64,000 bases of DNA, taken from positions 2,791 through 66,790 of IMG/VR virus record IMGVR_UViG_3300027704_000022; one strand, written 5' to 3'. The DNA comes from a virus. Each line of letters begins with the position of its first letter. The first letter of the stretch is position 1. The notes below the pieces were generated by a model. It was not told the origin of the DNA. It saw nothing but the letters and a program-made list of their open reading frames with translations, and made no database searches. Positions 56,501 through 64,000 of the stretch are shown one piece after another. The translations under genes and the position numbers were made by a program.

Positions 56501-58208
56501 AAACACTATCGCCGCCCTCTTCAGAGGAAGGACTTTCTTTAGTAATTCTGAGATTAACTTTGTAGATGATAGACCTAGAAACGCAATTAATTTATTTACT
56601 AACGAAAGCGTTAAAGATGGTTTGTTTTACTATTCTAATAATAGAAGAGACGAACAATTTAATACTATAGAGATAGGGTATAAAGATAGATTTAATAACT
56701 ATGAACCCAAAATAGAAGTTATTGAAGACGAAGAAGACATAAAAGAACGCGGAATCTTTAAGAAGCGCATAGATGGTATAGGAATAACCTCTAGAGCTAT
56801 GGCTCGTAGAGCCGCTAAACATCAAATTTTTTCTAAAATAAAAGAAAACCAGCAAGTAGCTTTCACTGCAGGTTTAGAGACTCTCTTGTGTAAACCTGGA
56901 GATCTGGTTATAATAGAAGACGAATTAAAAACAAATATAACTAATTTTGGAAAGGTTTTAGATGTCAATTTAGAAAATGAGACAATTAGACTTAGCAATA
57001 ATTCCTCTTCCGCTATGACGACTGGCGTTCTCACTGTTTATAATCCTACAGGTGTAGATAGTATAGACGAATTAAATACTGCAGCTAATCAAATTAGGCA
57101 AAGATATGACAGCTTTACTATAACAGGTCTAGCCACTGACTCTTGGCATCGTTTCACTGGAGATTATAGTTTCTCAGGTTACACTGAGGGGTATGAACTC
57201 AGCGGACTCGTCTCAGGAGATACTAGATATGTTGATTACGCTTCTTATACGGGGATCTCTGGTACAAACGTATATTTCGAAACAGGTGTAACTGGTTGGA
57301 TTCTAGGTTCTGGAAATGCTATAGCTTTAGATTCTGGCGATTTTATTGCCAAAGAAACGGGCGCTCAAAGTCTCCTATCATTTAATACAGGAGAAATAGC
57401 AGTGCTAGATATGAACGCCGCTGCTGGTGATAAAAGAGGAGCCTCTGTCGTATTTTCTGGTTTTGATTTAGCTAGTTTCCAAAACTATAGCAGGGGTATA
57501 ACTAATTCAGAGCTATCTAATGTGTCTCCCACACAAATAACAGAAATCGCTCTCACTGGTATAGTGACCAACCTAGACTATGGATGTCTACTCTCAGGCT
57601 TCGATAGGCCAGAGATATTGCCATTAGTTAAATTAGGTAGTGCTGCTAAATTCCAAATTAAAGACGCTAGCCCTTTCTTTTATAAAGTTATCTCTATGAA
57701 AGAAGAGAACCCCAATGAGTATCTTGTGACTGCCACAAAATACGACACTGGTAAATTTAATTTGATTGACAAAAATATTAGTATAGAAAACAAAGCTAAT
57801 ACTTATAGTTATCAAGTTGCTCAGACAATCAATGGAGTGACGTATCAGACTCTAGATCCACCTACGTTTGTAGGCGATGTGACAACTGGGATACCTAACG
57901 CCGCAGATCAGACCTTTAACATAACTGGAAATTGGACTGCGGTAACTGACAGCACTGGTTATGGAGTGAGGTTAACTTTACCAAATGGTCAAGTATTTGA
58001 TACCGAAACTGCGACTACTGGCATAAGTATTTCTGGATTAAATCAAGTGGGAGTCTTTAATTTAGGTGTAAATGCATTAGGGAATATGGGAAGAAATGGC
58101 GGGGATGCATACTATAATTCTCCATATATAAACACTGGGATATTTGTCCTTTATGAAGAATCGCTCGTTTACTCTAAATCGTTTTTAAATAACATTACAA
58201 TTCTATAA
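53550..58208 (+). CDS. Tail tip/host-specificity protein, lambda gpJ-like
   Basis: LSDGPIEG, WTDNPAWILYD...RYG, EPRFSCN and PGDLV motifs. Confidence 0.9.
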   Translation: MKHILKKLSIAGAGGKGGKPKPPIYKPPVMGELQYGASHSYAETLDLLSDGPIEGIVNSHGELVDGLNILQGIYLDNTPVAVTNQSETKSDQLTPLETETFNSLNLELSSGEGVAYCREFFQELGEATNRSSGGKITSLKSSTAGGSDIFEAESWPDVGMMFLRTNTRSVNSLAFLNREQALPKRIENYALFIRGFIKYRGLDGAQTFPWYLNGDLQTVYNDNNAAYRNDAQPKGTVQNGSLIWGDSTLSASKFLFAFNPVLSFSRLIITPPNITGRGGSIRHGNTESSKIFANNTEVLNKLILQDLNLILNLYNTNNIVGGNSSQRELASRALSSIGWTEGSVNDLLFNHLDTELGGVVICKVTSSNSNLEDKQILDGNDLMQMQTLPHGSTRGANLIAYMQANGMIVTDVTCPEVSTDGVLTGVMNGFLIFQFPIENKTSDNFAYDNKSNGNVVFGKNHTFQIPSEIITALKDLNSFKYTKKIGNGPNSTTLSLDPTINPIHTNSLKFNYSNVLAEIRKGEENQSPFNNFKKIFIDHPYGKELFGPFGTAKSLGDPNTSEEQENAPQRITPNSSMLSRDNVVGQLANNFNTLLDNGLPPFEGSDDERLDASNKSRNYSSWAESSLANFDEEAISVIHTVYNPNVEEAFITLDVSSLKDTLIKEVKNVRDGRSIDDKDLSIGTSFPTVLNIRVETGRDGSEGEIPHKQYNFRIVALIEGGTLIDIGNPDYKGASGREFVVELNGADDNLNYLSRPFELPPNETQKNDSLTESGEQAIQAGVINKTQTQNRYIKITKLSYESNSVMLDKIVSVNKVTEIINVNLPYPFSAIVGTKLDSRSFGSIPKRTYDCKLKKVKIPSNYFPTDKGIDKRYYDTEAEFDNASQKNKLIYKGDWDGSFHTSLQWTDNPAWILYDLLTNVRYGMGSHININQINKWQLYKIGRFCDNVDNEGYFLGVTDGRGGKEPRFSCNIIFDQGQKIFDAINTIAALFRGRTFFSNSEINFVDDRPRNAINLFTNESVKDGLFYYSNNRRDEQFNTIEIGYKDRFNNYEPKIEVIEDEEDIKERGIFKKRIDGIGITSRAMARRAAKHQIFSKIKENQQVAFTAGLETLLCKPGDLVIIEDELKTNITNFGKVLDVNLENETIRLSNNSSSAMTTGVLTVYNPTGVDSIDELNTAANQIRQRYDSFTITGLATDSWHRFTGDYSFSGYTEGYELSGLVSGDTRYVDYASYTGISGTNVYFETGVTGWILGSGNAIALDSGDFIAKETGAQSLLSFNTGEIAVLDMNAAAGDKRGASVVFSGFDLASFQNYSRGITNSELSNVSPTQITEIALTGIVTNLDYGCLLSGFDRPEILPLVKLGSAAKFQIKDASPFFYKVISMKEENPNEYLVTATKYDTGKFNLIDKNISIENKANTYSYQVAQTINGVTYQTLDPPTFVGDVTTGIPNAADQTFNITGNWTAVTDSTGYGVRLTLPNGQVFDTETATTGISISGLNQVGVFNLGVNALGNMGRNGGDAYYNSPYINTGIFVLYEESLVYSKSFLNNITIL

Positions 58209-61200
58209 TGGACTACACAGGCTACACAGTATTAAAGACCCCCAAAATTGGCGCAGCCTTTGCATATGCAAAAGAAGCAAGGGAATTTGCGACTGGAGCT
58301 ACAGGGGCAGGAGGATATTTAAATTCCGCCGCGACTGCTAGTGGTTGGACTGATGTTCATTTTGTAAGCGCAATTACAGAAGGATCTAGTCCTTTGCCTG
58401 TATCTATAGGAGCGACTTACACGCATATTTATACTGGTGTATCTACTGTCATTGGCGGCTCTACCCCTATAGGAGATTTAAGATCAGAAGATAGCCCATA
58501 TGTTGGTGTAGGAACTAGTTCTGTTTATTACACTAAAAAAGGCCAAGAATATGGTGCAGCTTTTTACGCTACTTATATAGGAGGGACTAAATCATTACCA
58601 ACAAAAATAGGTATTGGAACTTCCGCTGGAGATATTACTACAAGTGGATACTACGAAGGCGGTTTTACTACTCGCAGCATTTATGAATTTGAAACTTCAT
58701 TTACCCCTGATCTTGACGATTTAACAAAAATAACAACAGGTAGCGGAGTCTATAAAGACGGGGCTGATGTATCTTTACAGTTTAATATCTTAAACAGAAA
58801 TGGAGAACTACTCACTTCTGCGTCTCAAATAGCTGCTGACCCTTTTGTAGAAAAGCAAATTATCAGTATTTTAGATTCTGATTCTAATGTGGCATTTCCT
58901 AGCTACAGGACAAATGGAGATTCCACCTTCACTTTCTCCCGATCTCAAAATATAGATGTTTTTGGCTCTTACAATAGGAACTTCGGAATAAGAAATGAGA
59001 TTGTAAATGCGGACGGAGGAATATCCACTGGAGAGTTCTACCTTTACGCTAATACAGCGACTTTTGATAAAGTAATAGTCCAATCTTCTGGGGAAACTTC
59101 CTTAAACGAAAACCTTACTAATCATTCTCCACCAGATACTGGGAGTATAACCTCTGCCGCTGATAGAGCAGACGCAATTAAGTATTTTAATAACCAACCC
59201 ATAAACACATCTGGTTCTACTGGTTTTATAGAGTTAACGTTAGGTTTTAATGAAAGTCCGAACTTTACTAATTTAGGTGACCTCACTATATGGAAGGGAA
59301 CATCTGGTGATTTTACAACAAACAGAGGTAATTTAGTAAGTAATTATCCATTAAATTCAATTCAAGAAGGGCAGCGCATTAGAATTACTGCTAACGATGG
59401 TATAGAAGAAGCCACTCCTCTCTTTTTTAAATTAGCAGCAGACAGTGAAGTCGCGTTTGAATCAGAGTTGTTGACTATAGGACCATATACTCTTGAGCCT
59501 AATGTCGAAGGCCCAGATTTAAATCTTTATAACCAAGGAGACCAATCATTGATTGGAGACTTTACTATCCAAGGGGGGTTAGAAGGAGATGATGCTAACG
59601 GTGGTAATTTAAATGTTAGCGGGAACGCTCTAGGCACAGGTGACGGGGGTAGACTGACAGGTCCAGAAGGTAAACCTTACTTGCTCACGGGAGATGCAGG
59701 GACCGAATCAGATACTTTACAAAGTGTTACTAATCGAGGTAATACTACAACGAAGTCGATCATATCTACTGGGCCATACCTCTCAGGTACGAAGGGATAC
59801 TTTGGTGACGTTGGTATTGGGACAACCAATTCAGACTCTAAATTAGAAGTAATAGGAAATAATGCCAGAGTACAAATAGCTACACCCGATGGGTATTCAA
59901 TCAAAACTTCTACAAAAGCTGTAATAGCGGGAGTAGGGAGCCAAACCATTTCTTCACTAGGATCAATGATTGCTGGAGGATCAGGCCAGCACATTAGTGG
60001 AGATTATGATACTATTGCTGGAGGAGCGCTTAATAATATTTCAGGATGCGACTTCTCCTTTATCGGAGGCGGATATAACATCGATATTATCGAATCTGAA
60101 TACTCTTCTAGTATAGGAGGTTATAACAATGACATATCTGGATCTAATTACTCTGTGATTGGAGGGGGTCTAAACAATTCTATAGAAGGTTCACCTTCTA
60201 ATTATATAGGGGGTGGAGAAAATAATTTAATTACTGGAGCCAACTCTTTTATTGGAGGAGGAAACGCAAACAAAGTTTTAGCCGACTATTCTTTTGTCGG
60301 CGCAGGAGAACAAAATACTGCTAGTGGAGACTTTTCCATAATTATAGGAGGAGAGAATAACAAGACATTTGGCAGTTATTCTATAGTTGCTGGAGGAGAA
60401 GGGAATATCGCTAGTGGATTACGCTCGTTCGTAGGAGGTGGCCTATCAAACGAAGCCAACTCAGAATTTTCTTACGCTTTCGGTAGACGAGCCAAGATAA
60501 CAGAAAGCCATAGTGGAGCAGCCCTCTTTACCGATGGCAATAACTCCGATGCTCTATCAAGTGGCGCACATACTGCGACTTTAAAATTCCAGAACGGAGT
60601 TTACGTCCAAACAGATAGTGGTCTTTATGTAAATGGAAACCCTGTAGCGACTGGATCTACAGCAGAAACTGATACATTACAAAGTGTTACTAATAGAGGC
60701 GCTACAAGCACAAATGCTATTAGCGTAACTAATACAATAACAGCTAATCAGGTACTTGGAACGGGAATAGGTAATCGTATCACAAATAACAATGTTCCGT
60801 ATCTCCTTTCGGGAGACTCGCCAGCAGAAACTCAGACGCTGCAAGACGTTACTAATAACGGAAACTCGACCACAAAAGCTATAACTGTCGGAGCTTTCAC
60901 GGCGACAGGCACTGCGAACATAAGCGGTATTCTTTCTATCCCTAATGGACGAGCAGTCGCTTCTAATGATGTTTACTACATCGTTAAGCTCACTCAAGCG
61001 GAGTATGACGCGATTACTCCAGATGCGTCCACAATGTATATTATTACAGATGAAGATTTTAATTCTCCTGTAATTAACCCAATAAAAACTGTTGCGTCTA
61101 ATTATACGATAACAGATACAGACTATACAATTTTAGTTAGCGGAAGTTCTACAGTCAATATCGCTTTACCGTCAGCTACAATTAATAGTAATTATGTTTA

Positions 61201-61342
61201 TAACATTAAAAACATCACTACCAATAGTGTTGTTGTAGCCCCTTCAGCTGGATATATAGACGGGAATACATCCAAAACAATTAATCAAAAATTTGAATCA
61301 ATCGCAACTCAGTCAGATGGTTCAAACTGGTATATAATATAA
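58208..61342 (+). CDS. Tail fibre-like protein with Gly-rich beta-roll repeats
   Basis: IGGG..N repeats, VGIGTT and TLQ.VT..G modules. Confidence 0.75.
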   Translation: MDYTGYTVLKTPKIGAAFAYAKEAREFATGATGAGGYLNSAATASGWTDVHFVSAITEGSSPLPVSIGATYTHIYTGVSTVIGGSTPIGDLRSEDSPYVGVGTSSVYYTKKGQEYGAAFYATYIGGTKSLPTKIGIGTSAGDITTSGYYEGGFTTRSIYEFETSFTPDLDDLTKITTGSGVYKDGADVSLQFNILNRNGELLTSASQIAADPFVEKQIISILDSDSNVAFPSYRTNGDSTFTFSRSQNIDVFGSYNRNFGIRNEIVNADGGISTGEFYLYANTATFDKVIVQSSGETSLNENLTNHSPPDTGSITSAADRADAIKYFNNQPINTSGSTGFIELTLGFNESPNFTNLGDLTIWKGTSGDFTTNRGNLVSNYPLNSIQEGQRIRITANDGIEEATPLFFKLAADSEVAFESELLTIGPYTLEPNVEGPDLNLYNQGDQSLIGDFTIQGGLEGDDANGGNLNVSGNALGTGDGGRLTGPEGKPYLLTGDAGTESDTLQSVTNRGNTTTKSIISTGPYLSGTKGYFGDVGIGTTNSDSKLEVIGNNARVQIATPDGYSIKTSTKAVIAGVGSQTISSLGSMIAGGSGQHISGDYDTIAGGALNNISGCDFSFIGGGYNIDIIESEYSSSIGGYNNDISGSNYSVIGGGLNNSIEGSPSNYIGGGENNLITGANSFIGGGNANKVLADYSFVGAGEQNTASGDFSIIIGGENNKTFGSYSIVAGGEGNIASGLRSFVGGGLSNEANSEFSYAFGRRAKITESHSGAALFTDGNNSDALSSGAHTATLKFQNGVYVQTDSGLYVNGNPVATGSTAETDTLQSVTNRGATSTNAISVTNTITANQVLGTGIGNRITNNNVPYLLSGDSPAETQTLQDVTNNGNSTTKAITVGAFTATGTANISGILSIPNGRAVASNDVYYIVKLTQAEYDAITPDASTMYIITDEDFNSPVINPIKTVASNYTITDTDYTILVSGSSTVNIALPSATINSNYVYNIKNITTNSVVVAPSAGYIDGNTSKTINQKFESIATQSDGSNWYII

Positions 61343-61346
61343 TATT

Positions 61347-63212
61347 ATGGGAGTTAGAGTAGGAAATAGTAAAATAAAGAATATTGCGGTTGAGGATGCG
61401 GATAATATATTGCCTCCTCTTGAGCCAACCCCTTGGGTTAGGAATCCTGATTGGATTGACATGCCTAACATACCAACTGGAGAATCAAAAGCTGCATTTC
61501 TATTCGCAGTAAGTCCAATTTTACAAAATAGAGTAGGCCTAAAAGCGCAAGATAATTATTTTGTTGATTGGGGTGATGGCAATTCTGGTTATCATGGAGA
61601 TGGACAACAAACAGGGCATCAATATTCATTTGGCGACTTACCTGCTTCCACTGAGTTCATCCATACAGATGGCTATACTTATAGACAAGCGGTTTTTACA
61701 GTGACTCCATCTGGATCACATGAATTTAAAATTATAGATATAGTAGAAGATCACCCAGATACTCCAAGCGAGCATTATGGATCTAGAGCATATTTAGATA
61801 TCCATATAAATGGCCCAGACTTAACTGCTATAAATTTGTCGAGCAGTAACACAAATATAGGTCTTCAGGTAGAACATATAAAAATTGGCAATATTGATTC
61901 CCTAACAAGTTTTCTAAATCTTTGCTATAATATGGAAGAAATGAGGAGTTTTGAAGTGGGAGATACATCAAATATCACAAACTGGACAAGTGCATTCGTT
62001 CGTTGTTTAAATATTCAAGAGTACCCAGAGTTTCAATTCGCATCTGGATGCAACCTTAAAAATATATTTTATGAAAATAGGAATCTTCTTAAGGTTCCAT
62101 CTGAAATTTCTGGGTCTTGCCCAACCACTTTGGATTCCACTTTTTATAATTGCAATAGTTTAACTTCTATTCCATATATAGATACTAGTAATTCAACTAG
62201 TTTTTATAGAGCTTTCCTTGGATGTCGGGATATAAGTTATCTCCCTGATTATGATTTTTCGAGCGCTACAAGAGTAGATGAATGTTTTAGTCGTTGTTTT
62301 AAGCTAAAAGAAATACCCAAGAGTTTTCAGGTTCCTAACCCAACTCATAATGAGGGGCTTGATCAAACTTTCTTTTATTGCCGATCTATTAAAAGCATCC
62401 ATTACTTTGATACTTCACATGTAAAAAAATTCCAAAATACTTTTAGTAACTGCCAAATGTTGGAGCGAATTCCAGCTTTTGATTTTTCAAGTTCTACGAA
62501 TATAATATCAACCTTTTTTTCATGCCACGAATTAAGATCATTGCCTTTTATAAACGCTACTGGATGCACATCCTTAAGCAATACGTTTGGTAGTTGTTAC
62601 TCGTTGGAGTCAATAGATGGATTTCCTACTCCAAATTCCACTGATTTTAGGGGCGTTTTTACTAGTTGTCTTAAGCTAAAAGAAATCCCTTCTGGTTTTA
62701 CTACAGAATCGGCTAGTTACACTAATGCTTTTGATAATTTTCTAAGCAGCACTCTCAAGATAACCTCATTACCAGAGGGGGTTTGCAGTGGTTTTGGAAA
62801 TGCTGGCGTTACAGATTATGGGGAAGCTTTTGAACTCTCTAGTATTTATAAATTACCAGAGAGTTTTACTGGAATAAATAACAACGCTTCAAATATAACA
62901 ACTTACGACCAGCTATTTAGTGCCGCCAATCAAATCAAATTTATACCAACTATTGATGCTACAAATGCAACAAATTATGGTAACACTTTTGCAAATTGTT
63001 GGTCTTTAGAAGTAGGAGGTATTCTCTCAGGAGTCACTCAAAATGTCTCTTATAAATCCACAAAGTTTGATAGAGAAAATATGACAGCTATATTTAGCGG
63101 TTTAGGGAACGCCAGTAAAACGATTGATATCAGAAATACCCCATCAATAGATACCTTGACTAACGCCGACAAACTCATTGCGACAAATAAAGGTTGGACA
63201 ATTACGACATGA
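61347..63212 (+). CDS. BspA/DUF285-like repeat protein (putative receptor binding)
   Basis: Repeats of F..C..L..IP..D.S; VDWGDG PKD-like motif. Confidence 0.75.
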   Translation: MGVRVGNSKIKNIAVEDADNILPPLEPTPWVRNPDWIDMPNIPTGESKAAFLFAVSPILQNRVGLKAQDNYFVDWGDGNSGYHGDGQQTGHQYSFGDLPASTEFIHTDGYTYRQAVFTVTPSGSHEFKIIDIVEDHPDTPSEHYGSRAYLDIHINGPDLTAINLSSSNTNIGLQVEHIKIGNIDSLTSFLNLCYNMEEMRSFEVGDTSNITNWTSAFVRCLNIQEYPEFQFASGCNLKNIFYENRNLLKVPSEISGSCPTTLDSTFYNCNSLTSIPYIDTSNSTSFYRAFLGCRDISYLPDYDFSSATRVDECFSRCFKLKEIPKSFQVPNPTHNEGLDQTFFYCRSIKSIHYFDTSHVKKFQNTFSNCQMLERIPAFDFSSSTNIISTFFSCHELRSLPFINATGCTSLSNTFGSCYSLESIDGFPTPNSTDFRGVFTSCLKLKEIPSGFTTESASYTNAFDNFLSSTLKITSLPEGVCSGFGNAGVTDYGEAFELSSIYKLPESFTGINNNASNITTYDQLFSAANQIKFIPTIDATNATNYGNTFANCWSLEVGGILSGVTQNVSYKSTKFDRENMTAIFSGLGNASKTIDIRNTPSIDTLTNADKLIATNKGWTITT

Positions 63213-63445
63213 ACTTAGAACCATATTACACTGAAGGGTTTTACAAATTAGAGGGCGAAGATTTATTGTGCGCCCCTAATTCTGTGACATCCTCGACTAT
63301 ATCTTTGCTAAAAGAAAAGAAAGACTCTTATGAATACCCTCAAAATGGATGGTATTGGTTTGTTTCTTTAAATGAAGCGTGTCATTTTTGGGATTTAGAT
63401 GTAAACATATATAGAGAGAAGGGAGAAGATTCAGATGTCATTTAA
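63209..63445 (+). CDS. Small tail-associated hypothetical protein
   Basis: GFYK..YEYPQNGWYWF; ATGA overlap. Confidence 0.6.
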   Translation: MNLEPYYTEGFYKLEGEDLLCAPNSVTSSTISLLKEKKDSYEYPQNGWYWFVSLNEACHFWDLDVNIYREKGEDSDVI

Positions 63446-64000
63446 ACCTATACCTACATTAAGCGGCGATAACGCAGATTTTATCGCAAACGTAACAGTT
63501 TCTGGGAGTATTCTAGGCACGGGGGATGGTAGCCGCATCACCAATAACGGGGTTCCTTATCTCCTCTCTGGTGATTCGCCAGCAGAGAATGACACGTTGC
63601 AAGATGTCACTACTCGCGGCAATACTACTTCAACCTCAATCATTTCTACAGGCCCATATATCTCTGGTGTCTCTGGATTATTTAGTGATAAAGTAGGAAT
63701 AGGAACAACAGCACCAACAGAAAAACTAACGGTAGCAGGTAATATAAAGATAAACAAGACAGATGATACCATAGCTAGGTTATCTATTCTAACTGATAAG
63801 GCTTTTGGTAGGGAGTTTTATCTTGAAAACAATGGTACTACACAAGAGATAGTAGCTGAAAACACCCTAACGATAAGGACTCTAAACAATGATAATAAGA
63901 TAATTTTAGAAGGGGGCAGTAATACCGATAACATTCAATTCGTTACTGACGAGGTTGAACGAATGAGAGTAACCAACACAGGTTTGGGTATTGGAACAAC
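63435..64000 (+). CDS. Tail fibre protein (partial, runs off the right edge)
   Basis: Read manually: MSFKPIPTLSGD..PYLLSGDSPAENDTLQDVTTRGN..VGIGTTAPTEKL. Confidence 0.8.
   Translation, partial: MSFKPIPTLSGDNADFIANVTVSGSILGTGDGSRITNNGVPYLLSGDSPAENDTLQDVTTRGNTTSTSIISTGPYISGVSGLFSDKVGIGTTAPTEKLTVAGNIKINKTDDTIARLSILTDKAFGREFYLENNGTTQEIVAENTLTIRTLNNDNKIILEGGSNTDNIQFVTDEVERMRVTNTGLGIGT

Noticed and set aside
58208-64000. Diversity-generating retroelement acting on tail fibres
   Set aside because: No reverse transcriptase is present, and the repeated modules differ at all base types rather than only at adenines.

Overview
The window is a 64-kb piece of a large tailed dsDNA phage genome (Caudoviricetes, lambda-like tail tip), with no host housekeeping genes. 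An Rz/Rz1-like spanin pair suggests a diderm host. Layout: (1) 1-24.9 kb holds tape measure (runs off the left edge), tail/neck, capsid, portal, terminase, an ERCC4 nuclease, a sigma-like factor and PhoH, many preceded by a conserved RGTGTAA motif. (2) 25.1-33.9 kb is an all-plus-strand early-type island of small genes with their own promoters and terminators, several apparently leaderless and paralogous. It is punctuated by seven copies of a strict 75-bp element (25-bp palindrome, 25-bp GC-rich spacer, 25-bp palindrome) and encodes a ParB-like DGQHR protein. (3) 34.0-34.35 kb is an iteron-like repeat cluster at the strand switch. (4) 34.6-50.4 kb holds minus-strand accessory genes, two tRNAs and the lysis module. 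(5) 50.4-64 kb holds gpL/K/I/J-like tail tip and fibre genes. The most unusual signal is the 75-bp element array. All product calls come from motif recognition by eye, not database searches.
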